64,000 bases of DNA from Anaerolineales bacterium (GCA_003105035.1 PQAL01000043.1:98014-162013), one strand, 5' to 3'; shown: positions 18,877 to 28,542, counted from the stretch's first letter. Numbers and translations: made by a program. The notes: generated by a model from the letters alone, not told the origin.

Positions 18877-20508
18877 ATGCCAAAGACTGTTGTAGCAGCT
18901 GCTTTGGGGGAATGTGTTCATGTTGCCGGGGTGTTGAGTTTTCTGCGCCTCGCTGAAGCTGCGGGGTGGCGTACGGTTTTCCTCGGTCCAGCCGTTCCCA
19001 TTGAAGTCGTTTTAAGTGCAGCTCGGCGCGAGCAGGCTGACCTGGTAGGGGTGTCTTACCGCCTCACTCCCGAGACCGGTGAACGCCTGTTGGGTGAATT
19101 CGCCGAGGCAGCTGATACCCTGCGTACCTCGGGAGTGCGTTTTACCTTTGGAGGCACCCCTCCAGTGGCTGAACGAGCTGCCCGGTTGGGTTTCTTCGAG
19201 AGAGTCTTTGATGGCACCCAGCCCCCTGAAGAGGTCCTGGCCTATCTAAAAGGGCAGGTTGCACCTCAGCTTTCCGCATCCGATTATCCACGCACCCTGG
19301 TTGAGCGCATTGCGTGGAAAGCTCCCTATCCGCTGCTCAGGCATCATTTCGGTTTGCCCACCCTGGAAGCCAGCTTGAAGGGTGTTGAGGAGATTTCAGC
19401 TGGCAAAGTCCTGGATGTCATTTCGCTAGGGATCGACCAGGACGCCCAGGAAAACTTCTTCCACCCCGAGAGGCAGGATCCTCGCCGCAAAGGTGCCGGG
19501 GGTGTGCCGGTTCGCACGGCGGGCGATTACCGGGCATTATTTACTGCCAGCCTCCGGGGGAATTACCCGCTCATGCGCACCTATTCGGGCACCGATGACT
19601 TTATCCGCCTGGCTGAAATGTATCTCAATACTATCCACAATGCCTGGTGCGCAATCCCGCTCTTCTGGTTTAACCAGATGGATGGCCGCGGTCCCTGGGA
19701 TCTGGAAGGCTCGATTCGTGAGCACCAGCAGGTGATGGCCTGGTATGGTGAGCGAGGTGTCCCCGTGGAGCTCAATGAGCCGCACCATTGGGGGATGCGC
19801 GATGCCCCCGATGTGGTCTTTGTGGTTTCAGCTTACCTCTCTGCCTATAACGCTCGCGCTTTCGGCGTCACCGACTATCTTGCTCAGCTGATGTTCAATA
19901 GCCCGCCCGGTACCTCCGATGCCATGGACCTGGCCAAGATGCTGGCGGTATTGGAGCTGATCAAGCCCCTTGAAGGTCCTGAGTTCCGAATTTGGCGGCA
20001 GACCCGCACAGGCTTGCTTAGCTACCCGGTTAATATTGCTGCCGCCCGTGCCCATCTGGCTGCCAGTATCTACTTGCAGATGGCTCTACGACCGCATATC
20101 ATCCATGTGGTTGGCCACACAGAAGCCTTGCATGCCGCCGAGGCGGGAGATGTCATTGAAGCCTGCCACATGGCTCGCCGGGTGGTCGAGAATGCGCTGA
20201 GTGGTGCCCCAGACCTGACCGCCGATCCGGCTGTCCAGGAACGCTCCCACCAGCTTGTCTCTGAGGCTCAGGTCACCCTGCAAGCTATCCGGAAAATCGC
20301 ACCAGATAGCGTGCCTGATCCATTTATCGATCCGTCCACCCTGGCGCGCTCCGTCCACATCGGCATTCTGGATGCGCCTCAGCTCAAAAATAATCCCTTT
20401 GCCCTGGGGCGGGTAGAAACACGGCTGGTCAATGGTGCCTGCCTGGCCGTTGATAAACATGGGATACCATTGGCCGAGGCGGGACGTTTGGCAAATTTCT
20501 TGTCATAG
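18877..20508 (+). CDS. protein with an N-terminal B12-binding-domain-like Rossmann module and a ~430-aa uncharacterised C-terminal domain
   Basis: Start moved to ATG 18877 (GGAGGG RBS). The N-terminus VVAAALGECVHVAGVLSFLRLAEAAGW...LVGVSYRL resembles the cobalamin-binding fold, but has CxHxxG in place of the canonical DxHxxG. Confidence 0.7.
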   Translation: MPKTVVAAALGECVHVAGVLSFLRLAEAAGWRTVFLGPAVPIEVVLSAARREQADLVGVSYRLTPETGERLLGEFAEAADTLRTSGVRFTFGGTPPVAERAARLGFFERVFDGTQPPEEVLAYLKGQVAPQLSASDYPRTLVERIAWKAPYPLLRHHFGLPTLEASLKGVEEISAGKVLDVISLGIDQDAQENFFHPERQDPRRKGAGGVPVRTAGDYRALFTASLRGNYPLMRTYSGTDDFIRLAEMYLNTIHNAWCAIPLFWFNQMDGRGPWDLEGSIREHQQVMAWYGERGVPVELNEPHHWGMRDAPDVVFVVSAYLSAYNARAFGVTDYLAQLMFNSPPGTSDAMDLAKMLAVLELIKPLEGPEFRIWRQTRTGLLSYPVNIAAARAHLAASIYLQMALRPHIIHVVGHTEALHAAEAGDVIEACHMARRVVENALSGAPDLTADPAVQERSHQLVSEAQVTLQAIRKIAPDSVPDPFIDPSTLARSVHIGILDAPQLKNNPFALGRVETRLVNGACLAVDKHGIPLAEAGRLANFLS

Positions 20509-20517
20509 GAGGAAAGC

Positions 20518-21633
20518 ATGTCTGATAAATTTAATATCACTGTGATTGGTGCAGGGCATGGCGGGAAAGCCATGGCGGCTCATCTGGCGCTGATGGAATT
20601 TCCAACCTTGCTATTCAATCGTACTCCCGACCACGTCGCGGCCATCAAAGAATTGGGTGGGATATACCTTGAAAGCAATCTTACCGGCCCACGCGGTTTT
20701 GGCCGCTTGCAAATGGTGACTTCGAATATTGCTGAAGCTCTTGAGCATGCCAGCATGATTATGGTAGTGGTCCCTTCTTCTGCCCATGCTGATGTTGCCC
20801 GCAGTTGTGCTCCATACCTTAAAGATGGACAGATCGTCATCCTTCATCCCGGGCGTACTTGCGGGGCCATTGAGTTCAACAAGGTGATTCGCAATAACGG
20901 ATGCACAGCCGATGTCACCATCGCCGAAGCTGAAACCTTTATCTATGCCTCCCGCTCTGACGGTCCAGCCCAGGCGCGCATCTTCCGCATCAAGGAGGCT
21001 GTTCCCCTGGCAGCCTTACCTTCCCGGCGTAACCAGTTCGTCCTTGACCGTGTGCGCGAGGTATTTCCGGTGTTCATCGACGGCGGGAATGTCTTGCAAA
21101 CCGGAATGAATAACATGGGCGCCATCTTCCATCCTGCCCTGACGATCTTGAACTCCGGCTGGATCGAATCAACCCACGGAGATTTTCAATTCTACATTGA
21201 TGGCGTGACTCCCTCGGTAGCGCGTGTCCTCGAATCCCTTGACCGTGAGCGCGTGACGGTGGCTGCCTCGATTGGCATCCGTGCCCGCACCGGGATGGAG
21301 TGGTTGAAGCTATCCTATGACGCTGAGGGTGAGGACCTGAATGAGGCTATTCATAACCAGCCTGGCTATTATGGCATTAACGCCCCCCCAACACTGAACC
21401 ACCGCTATATCTTTGAAGATGTTCCCATGAGCCTGGTACCGATTGCTTCCCTTGGGCAGCGATATGGGGTTGCAGTCAGCGGAATTGATGGCATAATTAA
21501 ATTAGCCAGTATAATACATCGTACCGATTACTGGCGTCGTGGCCGTACCATTGAAAAGCTGGGAATTAACAATCTGAGCACCGATGAATTGATCCATTAT
21601 GTGACGGAGGGCACCTTGGAATCAGGCGGATGA
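20518..21633 (+). CDS. NAD(P)-dependent octopine/nopaline (opine) dehydrogenase family protein
   Basis: N-terminal ITVIGAGHGGKAMAAHLAL Rossmann motif. Overall length and C-terminal domain are typical of opine dehydrogenases. Confidence 0.8.
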   Translation: MSDKFNITVIGAGHGGKAMAAHLALMEFPTLLFNRTPDHVAAIKELGGIYLESNLTGPRGFGRLQMVTSNIAEALEHASMIMVVVPSSAHADVARSCAPYLKDGQIVILHPGRTCGAIEFNKVIRNNGCTADVTIAEAETFIYASRSDGPAQARIFRIKEAVPLAALPSRRNQFVLDRVREVFPVFIDGGNVLQTGMNNMGAIFHPALTILNSGWIESTHGDFQFYIDGVTPSVARVLESLDRERVTVAASIGIRARTGMEWLKLSYDAEGEDLNEAIHNQPGYYGINAPPTLNHRYIFEDVPMSLVPIASLGQRYGVAVSGIDGIIKLASIIHRTDYWRRGRTIEKLGINNLSTDELIHYVTEGTLESGG

Positions 21634-21666
21634 TTTCTGGACTGCCCCGTAACTGGGAAGGAAGAC

Positions 21667-22017
21667 ATGGAACAAATTGATCAATCAAATATGGTGATTC
21701 TTATGGTGGTACTGCAAGCTCAGGATGCCGACATGGTCACTGCCTCCCTGAAACGATCCGGTGTGGTAGCTTACGAATTATCCAGCACGGGTGCTTTTCT
21801 TGGCAGAAAAAACGTCACCTTGCTTATCCCTGTGGGATCCGACAAGGTTGAGCTGGTCGTGTCGGAGGTCAAGCGTAACTGCCGGCAGCGTATCGAATAT
21901 GTGTCTATGCCTATCGAAGGTCAGCCTCTTCCCATACCCAGTCCAATACCGATCACAGTCGGTGGTGCCACCATCTTCATCCTCGAAATTGATCAATACC
22001 TGGAGGTGCTGCAATGA
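21667..22017 (+). CDS. PII-like DarA/PstA (DUF970) family protein, paralog 1
   Basis: VVLQAQDADMVTASLKRSGVVAYELSSTGAFLGRKNVTLLI...VGGATIFILEIDQY parallels the cyclic-di-AMP receptor DarA layout. Confidence 0.65.
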   Translation: MEQIDQSNMVILMVVLQAQDADMVTASLKRSGVVAYELSSTGAFLGRKNVTLLIPVGSDKVELVVSEVKRNCRQRIEYVSMPIEGQPLPIPSPIPITVGGATIFILEIDQYLEVLQ

Positions 22018-22280
22018 AACTGATGATCGCCATTGTCAATGATGCCGATTATGACAAAATCGCCCGGCAGCTGACCGATGAACAATACCGGGTGACCTGC
22101 ATTGCCTCCACGGGTGGCTTGTTCCGTCGGGGCAGCACTACTTTATTAATTGGTCTGGAGGAGGATAAGATTCAACGCGCCGTGGAAATTATCAAAGAGC
22201 ATACTACTGCTATCGAAGCCGCTGGCACGCATAAAGCTGCTATCTTCGTCCTCAATATTAAAGAATATATTCGCGTATAG
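22014..22280 (+). CDS. PII-like DarA/PstA (DUF970) family protein, paralog 2 (short)
   Basis: MKLMIAIVNDADYDKIARQLTDEQYRVTCIASTGGLFRRGSTTLLIGLEEDKI is close to the DarA N-terminus. 4-nt ATGA overlap with paralog 1. Confidence 0.7.
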   Translation: MKLMIAIVNDADYDKIARQLTDEQYRVTCIASTGGLFRRGSTTLLIGLEEDKIQRAVEIIKEHTTAIEAAGTHKAAIFVLNIKEYIRV

Positions 22281-22459
22281 GTTGGTACTGTTTCAGTCCG
22301 GATGCATGCCTGCGCGAACGCTTCGCTGTTAGGCTACACCAGTGCACACCTCCCGGGGCTCTTAGGGAGGTGTTAAGTATCTGCATCTTCTCACTTATCT
22401 CCATTATTAGAATGATGAAACCATGTGTATATTTGTTCTGATAGGATAGTCTGCTGCGT

Positions 22460-22720
22460 ATGGCCCATCGTCTGAGCAATGAATCCCGTCGCCTGCGCAC
22501 TCTGATCACCGGGCATGTCGTCCCAGAACCGGAGCGTTGTATCCAGTGTGGTATTTGTTCATTTAATTGTCCAATTGGCATCGACGTTCGCTTGCATGCC
22601 TGGTTAGGGGAAGATATCGAAGATCCGGCTTGCCTGACCTGCGGGGAATGTATCGAGCATTGCCCACGCGCTGTCCTGCGTTTTGAAGTCACCGACCTGT
22701 TTGTGGGAGCTAAGGGATGA
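22460..22720 (+). CDS. 2x[4Fe-4S]-type ferredoxin
   Basis: CIQCGICSFNCP and CLTCGECIEHCP. 4-nt overlap with the next gene. Confidence 0.8.
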   Translation: MAHRLSNESRRLRTLITGHVVPEPERCIQCGICSFNCPIGIDVRLHAWLGEDIEDPACLTCGECIEHCPRAVLRFEVTDLFVGAKG

Positions 22721-24018
22721 CCCGCTACGTGATCATCGGTCTGGGGATTGCAGGCTTCTCCGCTGCCCAAACCCTCTGCCAGCTGGATCAGGCCTCAGAG
22801 GTCGTTGTAGTGAGCGATGACCCCCACGGTTATTACTCCCGCCCAGGCCTGGCTTATTATTTGAACGGTGAGATACCCGAAAAGCAGCTTTTCCCCTTCA
22901 TTAAGAAAGGCCGCCTCAACCTGGCTGCTCAGCTAATCACGTCACATGTCATTCAGCTGGATCCAGCCTCTCACAGTATAAAGACGGATACATCCGGCAC
23001 GATCACCTACGACCATCTGCTACTCGCATTGGGCGCACGCTCAGTCCCACTGAATGTCCCTGGTAGTGACTTGTTTGGCGTGGTGAAGCTCGATGATCTC
23101 GAAGATACCCGGCACATCCTCTCTGTGGCTCACCATGCAAAAACGGCGGTCGTTGTGGGTGGTGGTGTGCTGGCTATCGAGATGGTCGAAGGGCTGGTCG
23201 CAGAGGGGGTTAAAGTTCACTACCTGTTGCGGGGCGATTGGTACTGGCCCGGAGTTTTAACAGAGGCCGAAGCCCACCTGATTGAGCATCATCTCAAACA
23301 AGAAGGTGTCGTACTGCATTATCACACCGAAATCGAAGAGATCTTGGGGAAGAAGGGAAAAGTTATCGGGATTCGCACGACGAAGGGAGAAGTGATTCCT
23401 TGCAAGCTGGTAGGGGTTGGCATTGGCGTCAGAGCCTCTTTGGGCCTGGCTTCAGCAGCCGGACTGGCCACCGATCGTGGCATTCTGGTGAACGAGTACC
23501 TTCAGACGAGTGATCCGCATATTTATGCTGCTGGAGATGTCGCTCAAATTACTGATCCGTCCACCGGACGTTCTTCGATCGACAATCTCTGGTATCCAGG
23601 GCGTCGGCAGGGGAGTATCGCTGCCATGAACATGGCCGGGCAACCTCAGGCCTACCAGCGCAAGGTCGCCATAAATGTTCTCCGTCTGGCGGGTATGATG
23701 ACTGCCATCATCGGTGCGATCGGCAGCGGGCGTGAAGAAGGTGATATCTATACGACACGCGGCTCGAGTGAAACTTGGAGGGAGCTGCCCAACGCCCTCG
23801 CCTCTGAAAGTGATACCGAAGTCGGTCACTTGCGCCTGGTTGTCAGCGGGCGCGAATTGCTGGGTGCCGTGCTGATGGGTAACCAGAAAATCTCAAGGCC
23901 GCTGTATGATCTGGTCAATAATCGGGTGGATATCACTCCCATCCGTAAGCAATTGTTGGCTTCTACCCCCCAGCTGGGGCAGACCATCTTGGACTACTGG
24001 ATGAAAATGAAAAGTTAG
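22717..24018 (+). CDS. FAD/NAD(P)-dependent pyridine-nucleotide-disulfide-type oxidoreductase
   Basis: YVIIGLGIAGFSAA (FAD GxGxxG), TAVVVGGGVLAIEMVEGL (NAD(P) fold), IYAAGDVA. Confidence 0.85.
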   Translation: MTRYVIIGLGIAGFSAAQTLCQLDQASEVVVVSDDPHGYYSRPGLAYYLNGEIPEKQLFPFIKKGRLNLAAQLITSHVIQLDPASHSIKTDTSGTITYDHLLLALGARSVPLNVPGSDLFGVVKLDDLEDTRHILSVAHHAKTAVVVGGGVLAIEMVEGLVAEGVKVHYLLRGDWYWPGVLTEAEAHLIEHHLKQEGVVLHYHTEIEEILGKKGKVIGIRTTKGEVIPCKLVGVGIGVRASLGLASAAGLATDRGILVNEYLQTSDPHIYAAGDVAQITDPSTGRSSIDNLWYPGRRQGSIAAMNMAGQPQAYQRKVAINVLRLAGMMTAIIGAIGSGREEGDIYTTRGSSETWRELPNALASESDTEVGHLRLVVSGRELLGAVLMGNQKISRPLYDLVNNRVDITPIRKQLLASTPQLGQTILDYWMKMKS

Positions 24019-24041
24019 GCGGAAAAGGATGGGAAGATTAT

Positions 24042-24605
24042 ATGCTTGCGCGTAGCAAGGAGCTCTGGTGGGCTTTACTGGCCATGGTCGTTATCACGGT
24101 CTTCTATATGCTCATCTTTAATAAATATCAGGCGGTGCCGGCGGCTGGCAGCTTCTTCGGCCACATGATCGGTGTAATCGGTTTCATCTTGATGTTGATG
24201 ACTGAAACCCTATATTCCTTCCGCAAGCGCAGTCGAAAGGGCCGCTGGGGTAAGATGAGCTCCTGGCTGCAATTTCATATCTTCACTGGCCTGGTTGGGC
24301 CATATATGGTGCTCTTGCACACTTCCTGGAAGTTCAATGGCCTGGCAGGTGCCACTACCCTGCTGACCATTATGATCGTCATCAGCGGGTTTACCGGTCG
24401 CTATATCTATACCCGCATCCCCCGCTCCCTGGAGGGCATTGAGGTCACCCCCGTCAGCAACCCGGCTCAGGCAGCTGTGCTGGCGCGCTCGCGGCAGATG
24501 CTTTCCGTCTGGCATGCTGTGCATATCCCCATTGGGATTGCCCTCTTTGTTGCGGCATTCATCCATATTGGCGCCGCTCTCACCTACGCCACCCTGCTTC
24601 GTTAA
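24042..24605 (+). CDS. 4-5 TM membrane protein with conserved intramembrane His residues (possible b-heme / ferric-reductase-like module)
   Basis: 187 aa and hydrophobic, with His in predicted helices (FFGHMIG, LQFHIF, LLHTSW, WHAVHIP, FIHIG). Cofactor binding is inferred only. Confidence 0.65.
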   Translation: MLARSKELWWALLAMVVITVFYMLIFNKYQAVPAAGSFFGHMIGVIGFILMLMTETLYSFRKRSRKGRWGKMSSWLQFHIFTGLVGPYMVLLHTSWKFNGLAGATTLLTIMIVISGFTGRYIYTRIPRSLEGIEVTPVSNPAQAAVLARSRQMLSVWHAVHIPIGIALFVAAFIHIGAALTYATLLR

Positions 24606-24615
24606 GCGTGCTGTT

Positions 24616-26391
24616 ATGGTGAAACGACCGTTGGGCTTCCTGACCATCCCCGGCTTGATTACCGGCCTGGTGGTCATCCTGATCGTATTGGGTGCGGGGT
24701 TGGCGTTCGGGGGAGTGCTTTTTAGCCCCGGTGCGTTGAATGCTCAAGCAGGTGCGCTGGTTGGTGGTGTCGCATCCCATGCCGAGTTCACCGGCCGGTG
24801 TTCTGCCTGCCACGCCTTTTTCTGGCAGTCAGCAACCATGGCTGACCGCTGCGTGGTCTGCCATACCGATGTTGCTGCGCAGCAGGCTGATCCACTCAGC
24901 TTACACGGTAGCTTGCTAAAGAAAAACAGCCATCTCACTTGCCGTACCTGCCATCCTGATCACCGCGGCGCATCAGCCTCCCTGACTGACCTATCAAAAG
25001 CCGATATCGCTCACGATATTTTTGGTTATTCCCTTCTGGCTCACCCCAAAAAGGCCGACAGCTCGCCTTTCACCTGTGGCGACTGTCATGTCAATGCGTA
25101 CGGCTCAACTTTTGATCAGGCGGTATGTATTGACTGCCACCAACAAATCAAGGCTGATTTTATGCTAACCCACCAGCAAGTTTATGGGAATGCTTGTCTG
25201 GCATGCCATGATGGCATCGATACCTATGGCCATTCCTTCGACCATGAAAAGGTTGCCTTCCCACTCACTGGCATGCATACTCAGCTTGATTGTGCAACCT
25301 GCCATAAGGGTGCCCGCAACCTGGGCGACTTGCAATCTACCCCGCAGAACTGCAACGCCTGCCATGCCAAGGATGATGCCCACAAGGGGCAGCTTGGGAC
25401 AGACTGTGCCGCCTGCCATACGACGAGCGGCTGGGCTCCAGCCACCTTTGACCATGCAAAATCAAAATTTCCTTTGACCGGTGCCCATACCACCCTGGAG
25501 TGCACCAGGTGCCATCTGCATAATGAGTTCATTGCTATTGATACAGCCTGCTATGCCTGCCATGCCAGGGACGATGCCCATGACGGTCAGCTGGGTAGTT
25601 TATGCGCCACCTGCCATACCACAAATGCCTGGTCACCATCCACTTTTGATCATGGAAAATCGAAATTCCCGCTTGCAGGCACCCATTCCAGCCTGCCCTG
25701 CTCCGATTGCCATCCAGATAAGACTTTTGCCCCACTTGATACGGCCTGCTATTCTTGCCATGCCAGGGATGATGCCCATAATGGCCAGTTTGGCACGTCC
25801 TGTGATGCCTGTCACACCACCACTGCCTGGCTACCGGCCAGTTTTGATCACTCGAAATCTGGTTTTCCTCTGACAGGCGCTCACACTAGCCTGCCCTGCT
25901 CAGCCTGTCACCCGAACGATATGTTTTCTCCTCTCGACACTACCTGCTTCTCCTGCCATGCCAGGGATGATGACCATAATGGCCAGTTCGGCACTGATTG
26001 TGGAACCTGCCACTCTACCACTGCCTGGCTGCCGGCGTCCTTTGACCATTCACGTATCGGTTTTCCTCTCACCGGCGCGCATGCCTCCGTGGGTTGTTCC
26101 GGGTGTCATACCGGGGGTGGTTTTTCTGGTCTATCAACCATTTGCGCTTCTTGCCACGCCGACCCTGCCTTCCACGCTGGCTTGTTTACCGGTATGTCTT
26201 GCGACCAGTGTCACAACACCTCCGTCTGGGTTCCGGCCCAGTATAACCAGCCTCACCCCAATGCGTGCACCGAGGTCGCCTGCGTCGGCCACGAGGGCGC
26301 TACCTGCAGGGATTGCCACACCTTGAACCTCATGTCAGCCACCTGCTTGAAGTGCCATGACAGCAATAATCCTGGCGATGGGGACGATTGA
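24616..26391 (+). CDS. membrane-anchored multiheme c-type cytochrome with 23 CXXCH motifs
   Basis: Start moved to ATG 24616, after the stop of the upstream gene. An N-terminal TM anchor is followed by 23 CXXCH motifs counted by eye. Triheme 66-aa modules FDHxKSxFPLTGAH...CH...CHARDDxHxGQxG..C..CH repeat every 198 bp. Confidence 0.9.
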   Translation: MVKRPLGFLTIPGLITGLVVILIVLGAGLAFGGVLFSPGALNAQAGALVGGVASHAEFTGRCSACHAFFWQSATMADRCVVCHTDVAAQQADPLSLHGSLLKKNSHLTCRTCHPDHRGASASLTDLSKADIAHDIFGYSLLAHPKKADSSPFTCGDCHVNAYGSTFDQAVCIDCHQQIKADFMLTHQQVYGNACLACHDGIDTYGHSFDHEKVAFPLTGMHTQLDCATCHKGARNLGDLQSTPQNCNACHAKDDAHKGQLGTDCAACHTTSGWAPATFDHAKSKFPLTGAHTTLECTRCHLHNEFIAIDTACYACHARDDAHDGQLGSLCATCHTTNAWSPSTFDHGKSKFPLAGTHSSLPCSDCHPDKTFAPLDTACYSCHARDDAHNGQFGTSCDACHTTTAWLPASFDHSKSGFPLTGAHTSLPCSACHPNDMFSPLDTTCFSCHARDDDHNGQFGTDCGTCHSTTAWLPASFDHSRIGFPLTGAHASVGCSGCHTGGGFSGLSTICASCHADPAFHAGLFTGMSCDQCHNTSVWVPAQYNQPHPNACTEVACVGHEGATCRDCHTLNLMSATCLKCHDSNNPGDGDD

Positions 26392-26567
26392 TAATTAGCC
26401 AGGAATTTTAAATCGCTGTCCGATTTCTGTTGGTTAAACGTTCGTCCTGACCATGGTTGCTTTATTAAACTTCAGGTATTGCTGTTCTCTTCCAACCAGC
26501 TGGGGACTATCTTGTGATCCACTAGCAACATGTGTTCAAAGCCTTTCAAGGCGTGAACACGTCGCCT

Positions 26568-27644
26568 TTATTCTCTACGTCGCTGGATCTCGTCCAGCAA
26601 GCTCGTTCCTTGCTCAGGGGTGAGTGTTTCATTGATCGCCACCAGCAGCCCCTTTCCTTCCACTTCCCGCAGAATGGTAAGTGCGCCTCTGCCACTGGCG
26701 TACACCTGGCAGAGCTTACCACTCTCCAGGATGCGTTTGATGAGAGGTATCCAGCATTCTGCCTGGGGTTGCCCATCCCCGGGCACCCATTGGACGCCCC
26801 TCAATCGCTCCAGGCTCAGCAACATGTCCAGGTGACCCAGCTGCCCTCTGCCGTCCAGGTGGTAAAAAGCATACTCCATGCTTTCACAGCAGGCTGCCAG
26901 GTCGGGCAGCACATAACGCTCGAACATCTGGGGTGAGATCATGTATGAGAAATCGGACTGCAACAGATACCCCCGTTTCGGTGACCAGCAAGGACCCCAG
27001 CAGGAGGTTCCCTGGCTATGTTGGGTCAGTCTGTAGAGCTGCTCATAACACTCCAGCCATAACCGGTTGGTTTCCTTCACCAGGCGGTCTACTTCCTCAG
27101 GTGCATCTAGCAGGTCGAACAGCAGCTGCTGCGTGCCTCGCAGGTGAGCCAGGATGTCCAGGTTGCCTCCCAGGTCAGTGATGCCGATGGACAGCTGGTC
27201 TCCCCAGCGCCTGACAGCCCCTTGTGTTACTGCTTTTACCTGCTTCCACCATGGGTTATCTTGATCCATGCTGATCTTGAGCTCAGGTAGTTCAAGCTCT
27301 TTGTTGGGGGAGAACCAGGTAGTATCTTCCACTGCATGCAAGCTTGCCCCGGCAAAGGCAGCCACGATCCCCGGCCCGAAGTTCGGCCACATGCGTGGGT
27401 AAGCATCCCCCAGGTAATATGTGGCTTCCAACCGCTGCACAAATAGCTCTAGCAGCTCATTTACGTCTGCCCCTGGGCCGAAATTCCCCAAAAAGGTGCT
27501 GGCATAATGCGGGGTGCTGGAATCTTTTACCTCGATGCACTCCAGCACCACCAGCGGGCGCTCAAGCTCGCCTGCCCACCAGGCCGACCAATCCTGCCGG
27601 ATGGTTTCCCAACCCGTCTCAGGGAAGTGTAGCTTTAAGTCCAT
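26568..27644 (-). CDS. uroporphyrinogen-decarboxylase (URO-D/MtaA-like) fold family protein, tentative
   Basis: A 358-aa ORF with good coding appearance. The family assignment rests on overall resemblance only. Confidence 0.5.
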   Translation of the reverse strand: MDLKLHFPETGWETIRQDWSAWWAGELERPLVVLECIEVKDSSTPHYASTFLGNFGPGADVNELLELFVQRLEATYYLGDAYPRMWPNFGPGIVAAFAGASLHAVEDTTWFSPNKELELPELKISMDQDNPWWKQVKAVTQGAVRRWGDQLSIGITDLGGNLDILAHLRGTQQLLFDLLDAPEEVDRLVKETNRLWLECYEQLYRLTQHSQGTSCWGPCWSPKRGYLLQSDFSYMISPQMFERYVLPDLAACCESMEYAFYHLDGRGQLGHLDMLLSLERLRGVQWVPGDGQPQAECWIPLIKRILESGKLCQVYASGRGALTILREVEGKGLLVAINETLTPEQGTSLLDEIQRRRE

Positions 27645-27668
27645 GGGAGATCAGCTGCCGAGGGAATC

Positions 27669-28529
27669 TCACAAATAGCGGGAAAAGAACTCGTTCACCT
27701 TGCGGGCATGTTCTTCAGGATACCACTGGCTGACGGTGGTATGCCCGGCTTCTGGCACGCGCCACACCTCCTTCGGTTCCCTGGCTGCCGCATATAACTC
27801 GTCGAAGTCCGGCAGGTATTGGTCTTGGTCACCGTGGATAAACAGGATGGGTCTGGGAGAAATTTTCCCTACCCAGCGAATGGCTTCATAGTTGAACAGG
27901 TTAACACCCAGGCGCAGGGATGTCATGCCGATGATCAGCCATGCGATCGGCCTGGCCAGCCACGCGGGGAATCCCATCTCCACGCCCCGGGCAGTCATCG
28001 CACTACGCATCCGTGCCGGGCCGCCGTCACTGATAACTGCTTTAATATCCGGGCACTGTGGCGCGGTCACCATCGCGACGATCCCGCCATACGAAAACCC
28101 AAGCAGCCCAATGGCGTGTATGCCGCGTTCATGCAGGAATTGGACGGCACCCAGCACATCCCGGCATTCTTCGTAGCCGAAGGTCATGTGCTTGCCTTCA
28201 CTGCGTCCATGGGCTCGAAAGTCAAATAGCAGCACATTGAATCCGGCTTTGCGCAGGGCTGGAGCCCGGTAAATATCGAAGTCATAACTGCTGTTGTGCC
28301 CATGCAGGATGATCACCGCTTTATCCGCATCACCCGCGGGTGTCCATACCCCGCGCAGGGTCAGCCCGTCAGAGGTTTTAAACGCGATAGTTTCGCAATC
28401 CAATCCATATTCGTCAGGGGAGTGCGTTTCGCCTAATTGCCCGCGCTGCGTGAAGTATAAAGATAGCACCAAATCCAGAACAAGGATGAGCAGCGTGACG
28501 ATTGCGAAGATCCACAACAGGCTGGTCAT
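27669..28529 (-). CDS. alpha/beta hydrolase with an N-terminal TM anchor
   Basis: Nucleophile elbow GFSYGG, HG oxyanion region ILHGHN, C-terminal GDQD and His. Confidence 0.8.
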   Translation of the reverse strand: MTSLLWIFAIVTLLILVLDLVLSLYFTQRGQLGETHSPDEYGLDCETIAFKTSDGLTLRGVWTPAGDADKAVIILHGHNSSYDFDIYRAPALRKAGFNVLLFDFRAHGRSEGKHMTFGYEECRDVLGAVQFLHERGIHAIGLLGFSYGGIVAMVTAPQCPDIKAVISDGGPARMRSAMTARGVEMGFPAWLARPIAWLIIGMTSLRLGVNLFNYEAIRWVGKISPRPILFIHGDQDQYLPDFDELYAAAREPKEVWRVPEAGHTTVSQWYPEEHARKVNEFFSRYL

Positions 28530-28542
28530 CGATGCTTGTAGG

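Noticed and set aside
24439-24615. N-terminal extension of the cytochrome ORF (track start 24439)
   Set aside because: The extension overlaps the last 167 nt of the upstream membrane-protein gene in another frame. ATG 24616 gives a normal TM anchor and a 10-nt intergenic gap.
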